Of a stretch of DNA of 64,000 nucleotides, positions 1 through 12,289 are shown piece by piece. The notes beneath the pieces are model-generated. The model saw nothing but the letters and a program-made list of their open reading frames with translations. It did no database searches and was not told the DNA's origin. Source of the stretch: Macrostomum lignano (Eukaryota); contig NIVC01000364.1 of the NCBI GenBank assembly GCA_002269645.1, positions 1 through 64,000 on the forward strand. The letters are read 5' to 3'. Positions within the stretch are counted from its first letter, which is position 1, and each line of letters begins with the position of its first letter. The position numbers and the translations under genes are program-made.

Positions 1-829
1 ATTGCTAGTTTGGGGCTAAATTGGAATCTCGGCTTGGCTCTGCTCGTGCAATTAACGCTATAGGACCAACCCCCCCCCCAAGGCACAGTGAAGTGTACAT
101 GCCAAACGATAAAATAAAGTTAGGCCACTGTACACTCCTGTGTGAGTGTGTGCCTGTGCGTATGACTGCGTACGTATAGTACGTACGTACGTAGCAAAGA
201 ATTTTGGTCGCTTTGGAGATTTTTAAGCTTTTTGAAAGTTTGAGCTTATGAAACGTCCCTTTGTTACACCATTTGATCCTCTAAAAGATGAAGGCTGTCC
301 AACGCCTGCCCCCCCCGCTACAGCTTCGGCAACTACGGCTTCGGCACCGTGTCTGTGTCGGAGAACTCCACCAGCGGCTTGTTGAACGCCGCCCTACGGC
401 TCCGTGTTGTATGAACTGACCCCGTGCGACTGGCTGGGGACACCGAGTCCCAGTACAGCTTCTTCCTCGCCATCCTGCGGCCAGGCGCTTCCCGCTGCCA
501 CCGCCGGTGCTCGGGTCCAATGCCAGTCACGTGACTCTCCAGCCAGGCAGCCTGAACCCCCAGCTGGGCCAGCCGTGACTCCGCTGTTCCTGCGAATCTC
601 CTCAGCTGGTCAGGGACAGCCGGTGGTGATCAACTCGCCGCTTTCGAGGCCACGGCTCGATTGGAGAAGGGCCTGCAGCCGACAGCTGGCGGCGGCCGGT
701 TCTGTGCCCGGTGGAGCCCAAGGCTGCGGGGCGGTCACCGGGACTCTGCTGGCGACGGCGGCGGCTGCGGTGGCGGCGACAGCGGCATTCAGCGGCTGAA
801 GAAGCTGCTGAAGAGCTGGAGATGAAGGA

Positions 830-1082
830 TTAGAATCTGATAGCGATGGATTGGAATCTGAGGGTGGTGGATTGGAATCTGAGGGTGATGGATTGGAATC
901 TGAGGGTGGTGGATTGGAATCTGAGGGTGATGGATTGGAAGCTGAGGATAGATGGATTGGAATCTGATGCCGATGGATTGGAAGCTGAGGATAGATGGAT
1001 TGGAATCTGATGCCGATGGATTGGAAGCTGAGGATAGATGGATTGGAATCTGATGCCGATGGATTGGAAGCTGGATAGATGG
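830..1082. repeat. 21-22-bp minisatellite TGGATTGGAATCTGAGGGTGG
   Basis: Direct reading. Confidence 0.9.
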
Positions 1083-1812
1083 GTAGAAGTATTGAAATCT
1101 GGCTTGAACCAGAACTTAGACATGAAAGTTATGAAAGTTTTTATATTTATTTCTGAAATTCCGCTAGTGGCAAATCGCGACAATCTTTATAGGCTACTCA
1201 TAGTACTCTGATGATACTTTTAGTCAGTAATTTTTTGAAGCATTACAAAAACGTTTTACAATATCAGTAGGGTCAAAATGTTGATACAAGTTAATTTATC
1301 AGAGTTCTGTTATTATTTTAGCAGTCGTTTAGTGAATATTTTGCTATTCATAATTATAAAAATTATATAAATCAACATTAACGCACCAATAAATTTATAT
1401 TTATTCAAATCACATATTTGTTTAAGCGCAATAATTTTATACAGTGGCTTACAAGTCAAATACACTTCATTATGTTTAATGCTGCCTCCGAAGCATGCTA
1501 AAGTTTCATTAATTAATTGGCTTGCTACCAGTATAAAAGTACAGAGAGCATTAAAAAGTTAAGCTTTCAATAATTTCGAAATTCGAAAATTACTAACAAG
1601 TGAAAATCAAAATAGTAGCAATATGATTGCTTTAATAGTGTTTTAATAAAAGCAGTTTGCTCCGAACAAAACTTCAACTTTGCAGGAGCTCGAAACTAAA
1701 ACCAAAAACTTGTTCAAGTCATAAGTTAACAGCAAATATGTTGTCATAATGGTAAGATTGATAATCAGAAACCCAGAATTTTCCTTAATTTTATAGGACT
1801 GAATCTTAGTAG

Positions 1813-2153
1813 CAATAGTTCCCGCTGTCCCAGTGCATCAGAACACATATTAAGCGATAGTTCCGCTGTCCCAGTGCATCAGAACACATATTAGCAATAG
1901 TTCCCGCTGTCCCAGTGCATCAGAACACATAGTAGCGATAGTTCCCGCTGTCCCAGTGCATCAGAACACATAGTAGCGATAGTTCCCGCTGTCCCAGTGC
2001 ATCAGAACACATAGTAGCGATAGTTCCCGCTGTCCCAGTGCATCAGAAACATAGTAGCGATAGTTCCCGCTGTCCCAGTGCATCAGAACACATAGTAGCG
2101 ATAGTTCCCGCTGTCCCAGTGCATCAGAACACATAGTAGCGATAGTTCCCGCT
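1813..2153. repeat. 41-bp minisatellite, ~8 copies, abutting the RING gene 3' end
   Basis: Unit ATAGTTCCCGCTGTCCCAGTGCATCAGAACACATAGTAGCG. Confidence 0.95.
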
Positions 2154-2159
2154 GCCCGC

Positions 2160-3177
2160 CCGCCGGTGCCAGTGCTGGCGCTCTTGTGGTGCCGGCCAAG
2201 AGACTGCAGCCACAACTGCAAGGTGATCCGCTGGCTATCCGAGAACCAGTCGCTGGCGTTGGCCGTGGCAACCAGCATATGCACCTCGCGCGAGGTACTC
2301 GGAACTCGGATTGCCTCTGGCGTAGTTGTCATAGCAACGCTTCACCGAGTTGAATGCCCGCTCGGCGCTGACGTAATGTGGCCGGCGCGCAGGTGGCGGG
2401 CGATGAACTGCGACAGGCGGGCGATGGACTGCGGGGCAAAGCCGTATTCATAGTCCAGATCGAACTCCGCCTGCGGCGCTGCGCTGGAGGCGGCAGCGAC
2501 AGCGGCGGCAGCGGCTGAGGCTGAATGTCGACGCTGCTGCTCGAGCTCCGAGCGACTGATCTTCAGCTCCCGGTCGAGGGCCCGGGCTCGAGCTTCTGCT
2601 GCTGCTGCGTCCCGCCTAGCGACGGTCAGCTCCCACTGCAGGCGGGCAAGATCCGCCCGCAGGCTGGCCCGGCCACCTGACGCCATCATCGGGTGCGGCT
2701 GCTGCGAAGGTTGCTGCGACGCCTGCGGTGGTGGCGGCTCCTCCGTCTGGACGGCCCGCTCCATCGCAAGGGCTGCTCGGCGCCAGTCACCGAATCCGTC
2801 GAATCAGAATTGTCGTCGACATCATCGTCGTCGTCGTCAGTCGACGCCGCGAACGAGCAGGCGGCTCGATGCTGCTCAAGGCCGTCCAGCCGGCCGGTGT
2901 GCTGGCAGCCGCGGGCGAAGTTCGGACAGCGGACCGGCAGGCCGCCGATGAGGCCGCGGAGGCAGAGGATCGGCCGGGCGTCGCCGGGCAGCACGAGAGA
3001 GCGGCAGTGCGGGCAGGAGGCGCTGCCAGTCAGCCAGGCGCTGAGGCAGGCCCGGCAGAAGGCGTGGCCGCAGGGTGTCAGCACTGGACAGTCGAGCACG
3101 GCGGCGCAGATGCTGCACAGCAGGTTGTCGTCCAAATCGGTGAGAAACAGCGACTGCTCAAATTCGGTAGAGTCCAT
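2160..3177 (-). CDS. C3HC4 RING + TRAF-type zinc-finger + coiled-coil protein (RNF151/RNF41/PDZRN3-type N-terminus), intronless, with three apparent 1-nt frameshifts (~2771, ~2382, ~2290)
   Basis: RING LCSICAAVLDCPVLTPCGHAFCRACL...CPHCR, then VRCPNFARGC...LEQHRAAC. Coding-like sequence continues in shifted frames: MERAVQ...DYEYGFAPQSIARLSQFIARHL / HYVSAERAFNSVKRCYDNY / REVHMLVATANASDWF...WLQSL. Either a pseudogene or long-read indel errors. Confidence 0.8.
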
Positions 3178-3319
3178 GATTCTTGTTCCGACAAAGTTTT
3201 TGTCCGATAACTTTTGCGGAGCGCTGATTCTAGAGTGAGCAATCGAGTGGGCGAGTGAGGGATACGAAACGTGACTTTCTTGTCAGAGCGAACAAGAGAT
3301 ACAACATGGCGCACTATTT

Positions 3320-3423
<104 letters not shown>

Positions 3424-5271
3424 CACAAGAGTCGGTAGGGGTGAAGCGGGTAGTGCGAGCGAGTGTGATTGACAAGACAAACTATTGGCTATTGTGGCTG
3501 CGTACAGCTGTTTAGAGTCACTGCAGGCTGGTCTCACTGGGTAGAGAGTGGCGCCAAGACACCCCCAGACCCCGTCTGGTCTGGCCAGAGTGCAGTTGAG
3601 GGAAAGGACTTATACGGAGAGAAAGTGGTTCTCAATTAGAGTTACAAAATTGCTTGTCGCGTCGTAATGCCGTTTCTTTCTCTCGCTGGCTCACTCTTGA
3701 AGGATCGCCTGCAGCCTGCAAACGCCTTCTCAGCCTCTCTTGAGCCTCATCGGAGTTGCGAAGCGTGTTGCGAGTGCAGGGAAGAGAAATAGAAGTGACG
3801 ACAAGAGAGAAGACAGGCCTCATTAAACTTTCACACCTAACTCCTTGTCACGGGCCCTGGCAAGGGGACTAATTAAGGTTTCTTTATAGGCTTCTTGCTT
3901 TACCAAAATATGCCAGTTTTACTAATTTAATGATTTTTAACAAGGTAGAAATTTCTGGCTTGTTTTATGAATAAAGATAAACAATATTATAGCGTAATGT
4001 AGTTTGAAGCTTTGCGCTTTTAGAGCGATGAAATCAATTAAAGTGACCCATTGATCTGGCTGGCTGGAGTAGCTTAATAAACTGGAGGTTTTTTAAACAG
4101 AAAAATCTTAAGGCAGATGTGTTGTTAAATTTCTCGTTTTTTTTCTCACAGTTCTAATTTTTTGTTATATTTCCTATTTTTATTTTATTTTGATAGATTT
4201 ATATTCTTTATTTTTATATTGTTATATTTCTAGTTTTTAACAGAAAAAATGTTTTAAAAAAGTTAATTTTCTAGTCTTTTTTTTCTATTTTTTCTATTGT
4301 ACTTTGTGAAGCTTCATATTTTGTTAATTATATCTCTAGTTTTTTTATTTATAGTTAAGTATAAGTGCCTAATTTTTGTATTTGCTCCAAAATTTTTGTT
4401 TGAAATCTTCTTCACAGATCACGTGATTTTATCTATTTTATCCAAAAGTACAAACACCCATTGTTAACGAATCATTCTGCGCTGGAACTTCCGTCTCTTC
4501 CGTGTTTGAAAATCAATGGTTGTTAATAAACAAATTCGTCATTGTTTTTGTCCCGGCCGGATCCGCCGTTGAGATCCCCAGAAATAGAGACATTTTCCCT
4601 GCCACGAGTGTACAGCATAGCTGCCAGGCAGGAACAAAAGCACTGCATTCAGAACGCTGCCAGCGGGTAAGAGAGGCCTGGAGGGGCCTCTCTTGTTGTG
4701 ACTGTCTGCCTGAGCGCCTCTTTTGTTTGCTCCACTGCAGTCAGTCAAGTACAGAGTCAGACAGAGAGCTGTCAGCAAGGGCAAATAGCTAATCTGCACT
4801 CAGAGGAATTAAGCAATCGGATTATTACAAAGGCATTGCTTTCTAAGTAAACGACTCAATGGCTCACTCACCGAAGCAGTTCCGGAGCTGATTGCGACGA
4901 CGCCAACAAGGACGATTGCTGCACGGCCACCAAATAGCAATTATTATTCACTAGCAGAGCCGAAATGCCACTATACTCATAAGCTGAATTCTGCGCCTAA
5001 TATAGACAGAGCGATGACTCCGCATGGCCCAAGCAATGCTGATTGGGTGGCTATAGGAAATTTTATTGCGAGATGGGACAGTCTGGCTGGGGAGGGACAG
5101 GGACAGCTCAAGGAGCTTTCTGACATGGACTGCTAAAATTTAGAAGGGCGAAGGACGGTTTTTGTGGAAATGTTCTGGATTAGATAGTTTCACTATAACT
5201 CACCTTCTATTCTATAAATTCAACTTGCAACCTCGATTGTACATTTTCCAGCGCAAGTCAGCAGATCAGTC

Positions 5272-8120
5272 TTCACAGTCCCCAAGATTCACAGTCCCCA
5301 AGATTCACAGTCCACAAGATTCACAGTCCCCAAGATTCACAGTCCCCAAGATTCACAGTCCCCAAGATTCACAATTCCAAGATTCACAATCCACAAGATT
5401 CACAATCCCCAAGATTCACAATCCTCAAGATGAACCGTCCCTAAGACTCACAATCCCCAAGATTCACAATCCTCAAAATTCACAATCCCCAAGATTCGCA
5501 ATCCCCAATCTTCACAATCCCCAAGATTCTCAATCCCCAAGATTCAAAATCCCCAAGACATACATACCCCAAGATTCTCAATTCCCAAGATTCTCAATTC
5601 CCAAGATTCTCAATCCCCAAGATTCACAATCCCCAAGATTCTCAATTCCCAAGATTCTCAATCCCCAAGATTCTCAATCCCCAAGACATACAATCCCCAA
5701 GATTCTCAATTCCCAAGATTCACAATCCCCAAGATTCACAATCCCCAAGATTCTCAATCCTCAAGATTCTCAATCCCCAAGATTCAAAATCCCCAGGACA
5801 TACAATCCCCAAGATTCTCAATTCCCAAGATTCTCAATCCCCAAGATTCTCAATCCTCAAGATTCTCAATCCCCAAGATTCAAAATCCCCAAGACATACA
5901 ATCCCCAAGATTCTCAATTCCCAAGATTCTCAATTCCCAAGATTCAAAATCCCCAAGACATACAATCCCAACAACAAAACAACAACAACAAAATACGCGG
6001 CCCCGCAAGCAAAGTCAGTTAGAGCAGGGCGCGTCAGATAGCGCGCCGCAGAGCCTGGGAGCGAACGAAATCCGCTCCGTTGGCAGTGTCGGGCGCCCCA
6101 GCGTCGCACAGCAGGCAGTCCACGTATCGACGGGTTCGGGCCTGACCCCGCCTGAACGGGCTCTGCAAGGTGAGCAGCAGGACGTCCTGAACAGGTTGGG
6201 GGCAGTAGCCCTCGGCCCGGATCACGTGGCCCGCCAGTTGGAGTCGCCGTCGGCGCAGGATGGTGGACGGGCGCTGCAGCTTGGCCCGATCGTACAGGGC
6301 CTCGGTCCCGACGCTCTCGTCAGCTCGAAAGGCCGCACGGAGCAGCCCTGAGTGCGCCGAGTCCAGCTGCCGCTCCAGCGTAGCCGTCAGCATCCACGTC
6401 TCGGCGTTGTAGAGCAGGACGGTTTCGACCACCGCCTGCCACAGCCGAGCCCTCTGGCGGTCGGGCAGCGCTTCGGACTGGAGGACGGCTCGGATCGAAC
6501 GAAAGGCCGCCCAGGCAAGTCCTCTGCGCCGCCGGAGGTCTTCTTCCACGTGGGGCACCAGACCGCCGAGGTAGGTGAACCGCTGGCAGCGTGCGAGCCT
6601 GGTCGTTTGCCCGTCTGCGCCGCGGCATGTCAGGTCTGCTGGGATGTCGGCCGGCACAGTCAGCACCTCGGTTCACAATCCCCAAGATTCTCAATTCCCA
6701 AGATTCTCAATCTCCAAGATTCAAAATCTCCAAGACATACAATCCCCAAGATTCTCAATACCCAAGATTCTCAATTCCCAAGATTCTCAATTCCCAAGAT
6801 TCTCAGTTCCCAAGATTCTCAATTCTCAAGATTCTCAATCCCCAAGATTCAAAATCCCCAAGACATACAATCCCCAAGATTCTCAATTCCCAAGATTCTC
6901 AATCCCCAAGACATACAATCCCCAAGATTCACAATCCCCAAGATTCTCAATTCCCAAGATTCTCAATTCCCAAGATTCTCAATCCCCAAGACATACAATC
7001 CCCAAGATTCTCAATCCCCAAGATTCAAAATCCCCAAGACATACAATCCCCAAGATTCTCAATTCCCAAGATTCTCAATCCCCAAGACATACAATCCCCA
7101 AGATTCACAATCCCCAAGATTCTCAATTCCCAAGATTCTCAATTCCCAAGATTCTCAATCCCCAAGACATACAATCCCCAAGATTCACAATCCCCAAGAC
7201 ATACAATCCCCAAGATTCTCAATCCTCAAGATTCTCAATCCCCAAGATTCAAAATCCCCAGGACATACAATCCCCAAGATTCTCAATTCCCAAGATTCTC
7301 AATCCCCAAGATTCTCAATCCCCAAGATTCAAAATCCCCAAGACATACAATCCCCAAGATTCTCAATTCCCAAGATTCTCAATTCCCAAGATTCTCAATT
7401 CCCAAGATTCTCAATCCCCAAGATTAGCAATCCCCAAGATTAACAATCCCCAAGATTCACAATCCCCAAGATTCACAATCCCCAAGATTCACTAATCCCC
7501 AAGACTCACTAATCCCCAATATTCTCAATCCCCAATATTCTCAATCCCCAAGATTAGAAATCCCCAAGATTAGAAATCCCCAAGATTAACAATCCCCAAG
7601 ATTCACAATCCCCAAGATTCACTAATCCCCAAGATTCACTAATCCCCAAGATTCTCAATCCCCAAGAAATTCAATCCCCAATATTCTCAATCCCCAAGAT
7701 TCACTAATCCCCAATATTCTCAATCCCCAATATTCTCAATCCCCAAGATTCACAATCCCCAAGACATTCAATCCCCAAGATTCACAATCCCCAAGATTCA
7801 CAATCCCCAAGATTAAAAATCCCCAAGATTAAAAATCCCCAAGATTAAAAATCCCCAATATTCTCAATCCCCAATATTCTCAATCCCCAAGATTAGAAAT
7901 CCCCAAGATTCACTAATCCCCAAGATTCACTAATCCCCAATATTCTCAATCCCCAAGATTCAAAATCCCCAAGATTCACAATCCCTAAGATTCACAATCC
8001 CCAAGATTCACAATCCCCAAGATTCACAATCCCCAAGACATTCAATCCCCAATATTCTCAATCCCCAAGATTCACAATCCCCAAGATTCACAATCCCCAA
8101 GATTCTCAATCCCCAAGACT
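5272..8120. repeat. 16-bp satellite CCCCAAGATTCTCAAT and variants, interrupted by the LINE
   Basis: Direct reading. Explains the repetitive ORFs in three frames. Confidence 0.97.
5968..6672 (-). mobile_element. 5'-truncated RTE-like non-LTR retrotransposon (RT C-terminus, 3'UTR, (TTG)n tail)
   Basis: ORF 6034-6666 has FTYLG...DLRRRRGLAWAAF...VETVLLYNAETW...RRRRLQLAGHVIR, typical of the region after the RT domain. The short 3'UTR has a stem-loop and a TTG-repeat tail. Confidence 0.88.
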
Positions 8121-8574
8121 CTTAACTCACGAGCCCAAATTCTAAAACTGTCATGGCATCGTATCTGAGTCAATGTTGACTCTCCCAAAAACTCACGAAT
8201 CGAACTGCAGCACTCTCATCAGCTGCAGCCGACTCACCAAACCCAGGAACCTATGTCTGCCAGTCGCGCCCACAGGCCATCGCGCAGTGTCGTGGGTGAG
8301 TCACTAATTTTAGTGCCTAAGAACGGGATTTTCAGTGGCGGCATTTTTGGCGGCATCAATTAATAATTAAGAAGCTGGTCAAGACTGCACGGCCTCTTTG
8401 CGGTCATAAATGCATGCGTGAGCAGAGCCGGCGAAGCAAAGATCGCCATCGCATTCTGCTGAATTGCATCAGGGCGTGACCTGATTCGTTGGCTGTCTGA
8501 CTCAGCAGGCATGTAAATTACAACTCGCTTGAAGGATAAAAAGGTATAGAACTTACAAACAATCAAGTGATTCA

Positions 8575-8945
8575 CATATGAACTTCATCATGAACTCCCT
8601 CATGAACTCCCTCATGAACTCCCTCATGAAATCCCTCATGAACTCCCTCATGAACTCCCTCATGAACTTTATCATGAACTCCCTCATGAACTCCCTCATG
8701 AACTCCCTCATGAACTTTATCATGAACTCCCTCATGAACTCCCTCATGAACTCCCTCATGAACTTTATCATGAACTCCCTCATGAACTCATGAACTCCCT
8801 CATGAACTTTATCATGAACTCCCTCATGAACTCCCTCATGAACTTCCACATGAACTCATGAACTCACTCATGAACTCACTCATGAACTCACTCATGAACT
8901 CACTCATGAACTCACTCATGAACTCACTCATGAACTCACTCATGA
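8575..8945. repeat. 12-bp repeat CATGAACTCCCT/CATGAACTCACT
   Basis: Direct reading. Confidence 0.95.
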
Positions 8946-9260
8946 GTTGATTGTTCATCCAAACATTTACTCATCTATCCCCTCTGCTTGCCCTAACTTC
9001 AGCGAAATTGCAATACCTAACCCAGTGCACTGCAGCAACATCAAGCATCCTCCAAACACTGATCTCTTTAAACAATTTATTTAAAATTGGTTAAGTTATC
9101 AGGGAGATTTAACACCAAAAGTTAACAGAAACGAAATTTACATGCCTTTTACTTCAGTATACGCTAATGCGCTACTTAGAGTAGCATTTTGTGAAAACAT
9201 AAATAATATATATTGGATGAATAAAATTGTTCTAAGAGCACCAAATTTGCATAGCAACAG

Positions 9261-9932
9261 TCATCTCCGCGTGGCGGACTCCACGCCATACGCCAGGCAA
9301 GTTGGCAGCGGAAAAGGTCGTCGAATTGATCTGACCCTGGCCTCGTTGTCATAGCAACGGGCAGTTTCCGGCTGCTGCTGCGGCTGCTGCTGCGGCTGCA
9401 TCGGCGCCTGCGGCGGCGGCCTTGGCTCTCTCAGCAGCGGCACGAAGCAGGTTTTGCAGGCAGTTCTGCAGCGAACGAGCACTCGCAGTTGAGGCGGCTT
9501 CTGCCGTTGCTCTGGCGGCTGCAGCTCGGAGTTGAAACTGCCAGCCGGAGTCGGCGATAGTCGAGACGGCTCGCGCTGCCAGCCGCTGTAGTCGACGTGT
9601 CGAAATCGAAGCTCCCGAGCCTTCTGTCGCAGGTCAAGGCCTCGGTTTTGAAGCCTCTTTAGGGCCTCAATCGGCTGCAGAACATTTTCAGTCTGTTGGC
9701 AATGCTGCTTTTGCTGTTGCTGCTGCACTTGGAACTGTGCCAGACTGCAGCGGTGTAGAGCACATTCGCGAGTGCGGAGAGGCTGCGGCTGCTGCTGCTG
9801 CTGCTGCATCTGGATCGCGGGAACTGACGGCGAAGTTCCTGGCCGCGCTCGAGTCTTCTTAGGCCGCTTGTGCAGGAAGTTCTTCGCTTGTTGAGTCGCC
9901 AAAGACTCCAAGGAGAAATCGGCTGGGTCCAT
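9261..9932 (-). CDS. Hypothetical Q-rich protein (223 aa)
   Basis: ATG-initiated GC-rich ORF with polyQ tracts and a basic stretch KRPKKTRAR. No recognisable domain. Confidence 0.5.
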   Translation of the reverse strand: MDPADFSLESLATQQAKNFLHKRPKKTRARPGTSPSVPAIQMQQQQQQPQPLRTRECALHRCSLAQFQVQQQQQKQHCQQTENVLQPIEALKRLQNRGLDLRQKARELRFRHVDYSGWQREPSRLSPTPAGSFNSELQPPEQRQKPPQLRVLVRCRTACKTCFVPLLREPRPPPQAPMQPQQQPQQQPETARCYDNEARVRSIRRPFPLPTCLAYGVESATRR

Positions 9933-10419
9933 TTTTGCCCTTGCCCAAGAAGTTGCCCTTGGAGGGGAGTTTTTCTTAGACCGGCTCTCTGCCGCTTGCT
10001 CAATAATTTATCCCCAATGAGGAGGGGAACAGTTTCTTTACTTGCCTTTTTCTCAATATTTTCTCAATTCTAAACTCTCGGGGCTGCTTAAGTTTCAGCA
10101 TAGGTTTTTTTATAAACGACTCATTGTGTGCTCAAACAGCCGCCGCGTCCCCCCTCATTTATCGACCAATCGGCCCGGCTCCCGGTGGAATCGCAGCTCT
10201 TCTCTCTCTCTCTCTGTGTGTGTGTGTCTTTAAGTATCTCCGACAGACACTTCAAAAAACGGGTATTCAATTTTGAGTGCTATATTATAGGAGGTGGCCA
10301 AGGGATGGCTCATGGACACCTTGACCTAGAATCTGGAGTAGAAACTCTGCCAAAGTCCTAGATACGCAAGTTATAACAGATACACTCACGCTCACTCACT
10401 CACTTCCTCACTCACTCAC

Positions 10420-10626
10420 CCATTCACTCATGAACTCACTCATGAACTCACTCATGAACTCACTCATGAATTCACTCATGAACTCACTCATGAACTCACT
10501 AATGACCTCACTCATGAACTCATGAACTCACTCATGAACTCACTCATGAACTCATTCGTTAACTCCTTCATGAACTCATGAACGCACTCACTTACTCACT
10601 CACTCACTCATCAACTCATGAACTCA
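10420..10626. repeat. 12-bp repeat CATGAACTCACT
   Basis: Direct reading. Same family as 8575-8945. Confidence 0.93.
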
Positions 10627-11279
10627 CTAGCACTTTGAATTTGATGATGCTTAACTGATTTAAAGGGAGAATTTATTCATATTTAAAATGAGATCAAAGC
10701 TGACAAATTTGAATTTCACCAAACTTGCCTATCTACTTCGTATAAAATAAACGAAGGTGTAGGACCTTAAACTGAGAGTTGTGAAGAAGAGTCAGTTACT
10801 CCAGACTCTGGTCTCCTTGGCCTCGCCTAGTTCCCCTGGACCCAGCTAGCCAGCCAGCCAGTTGAAGGGCTCCTATTTAGACTCAAGTGCCACCAGTCCA
10901 GGGACTCATGTGTAAAGAATTGGAAAAGACTATGCATGGGGACCGCTGCGTTTACTCAGTGTGCTCAATCTCTTTCTATGATGTCATTGTGTGTCTGCTT
11001 CATTTCTAAGCTTACTGAGAGAGCAGCATCGACTGTAAGCGGATTGAGCACTAACAGAAAGGGAACCATATTTGAACTTCTGGACTTTCAATACGCATAT
11101 AAATTTTGTAAGGCTTTCACGTGATCTCTGGAAAATTCCAGAATGTGAAAAACGGTCAACTAGCAATCTACGCCCCCCGTTGGGTAGCAAAACAAAGAAT
11201 GTAACAAAAAATTTACTAATAAACTACACGTAGCTTCTGACCTCTGCCTTTATATCTCAGCAATTCCCCCCGTAAGCCT

Positions 11280-11460
11280 TGACATCTTAGCAATTCCCCC
11301 AGTAATTCTTGACATCTCAGCAATTCCCCCAGTAATTCTTGACATCTCAGCAATTCCCCCAGTAAGTCTTGACATCTCAGCAATTCCCCCAGTAAGTCTT
11401 GACATCTCAGAAATTCCCCCGATAGCAAGTATCCCCCTGATAGCAAGCACCCCCAGCACG
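11280..11460. repeat. 30-bp repeat CAGCAATTCCCCCAGTAAGTCTTGACATCT
   Basis: Direct reading. Confidence 0.85.
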
Positions 11461-11861
11461 ATAGTGCAACACTTCCCTCAGCTAGTGCAATAACTCCTTT
11501 CTTGTCTAGTGCAATAAGCATTTTCAAAGAAATGTAATTTTCTTACATTTAATTTGTTGCTTGTGAACGAAGTTTCCGGGTGTCTTCGATGGCTGACGGT
11601 GCTCAACCGCTACTGAAGGGCTTGACGGTCTAATATTTTTGTTTGTTTGTTTGAATGAACATTTTTGTTTTGGCCACCCTGGCGCAGCGCCTTCGGCGCT
11701 GAAGCAATTCTGCCCATTCCGCTGACTCCTGAGCACACAAGCGCGCCAATGCTGTACGCAAACACGCACTCATGCACACGCTCACACAGGGTGTACAGCG
11801 GCCCTGACTTTTTAATCGTCAGACATGTACGCCCAGGGTTGGCCTCGTTGTTTATGCGCGG

Positions 11862-11940
11862 AAGTGTTCAACGGTGCTGTACAACGCCGAGTCCTGGACG
11901 CTGACCGAGACTCTCGAGAAGCAGCTCGACGCTCTGTGGA
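11862..11940 (+). mobile_element. Short RTE-like LINE fragment
   Basis: Encodes TVLYNAESWTLTETLEKQLDA, homologous to VLLYNAETWMLTATLERQLDS in the 6034-6666 ORF. Confidence 0.7.
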
Positions 11941-12289
11941 TGCGAGACGACCGACGCCCTGACCCGGTTGAAGTCATGAAAAAAACAAATAGAATGGCTT
12001 TGGATTCTTAGCTTCCTACTTATAGTAGCCGAAATAGAAATTTCTCCCTTTAGAATAAGAACCAAATCTAATATACTTTTAAATCTATTTTATGAAATAT
12101 AATTGTTTTAGAACAAAAAATCTCTTTAAATTACTTGTGATAGGTACGCACTTCACGCAAAGAAAAGATTTTGAAGTGTTTAATGACTGAATGGCAAAAA
12201 ATGAGGTGAGAAGAAAGAGATAAGAAGGGGCATATAAGAATAAGAAGAATAAGAAGAGGGAAAAGAAGTAGAGGTAGATAAGAAGGGGT

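Noticed and set aside
3842-3868. Hairpin CCTTGTCA-CGGGCCC-TGGCAAGG as a Helitron 3' end
   Set aside because: No CTRR terminus at the expected distance and no other Helitron evidence.
5162-7495. Long PQDSQSPRF-repeat ORFs (286-363 aa)
   Set aside because: They are open in all three frames because the 16-bp satellite unit lacks stops on this strand.
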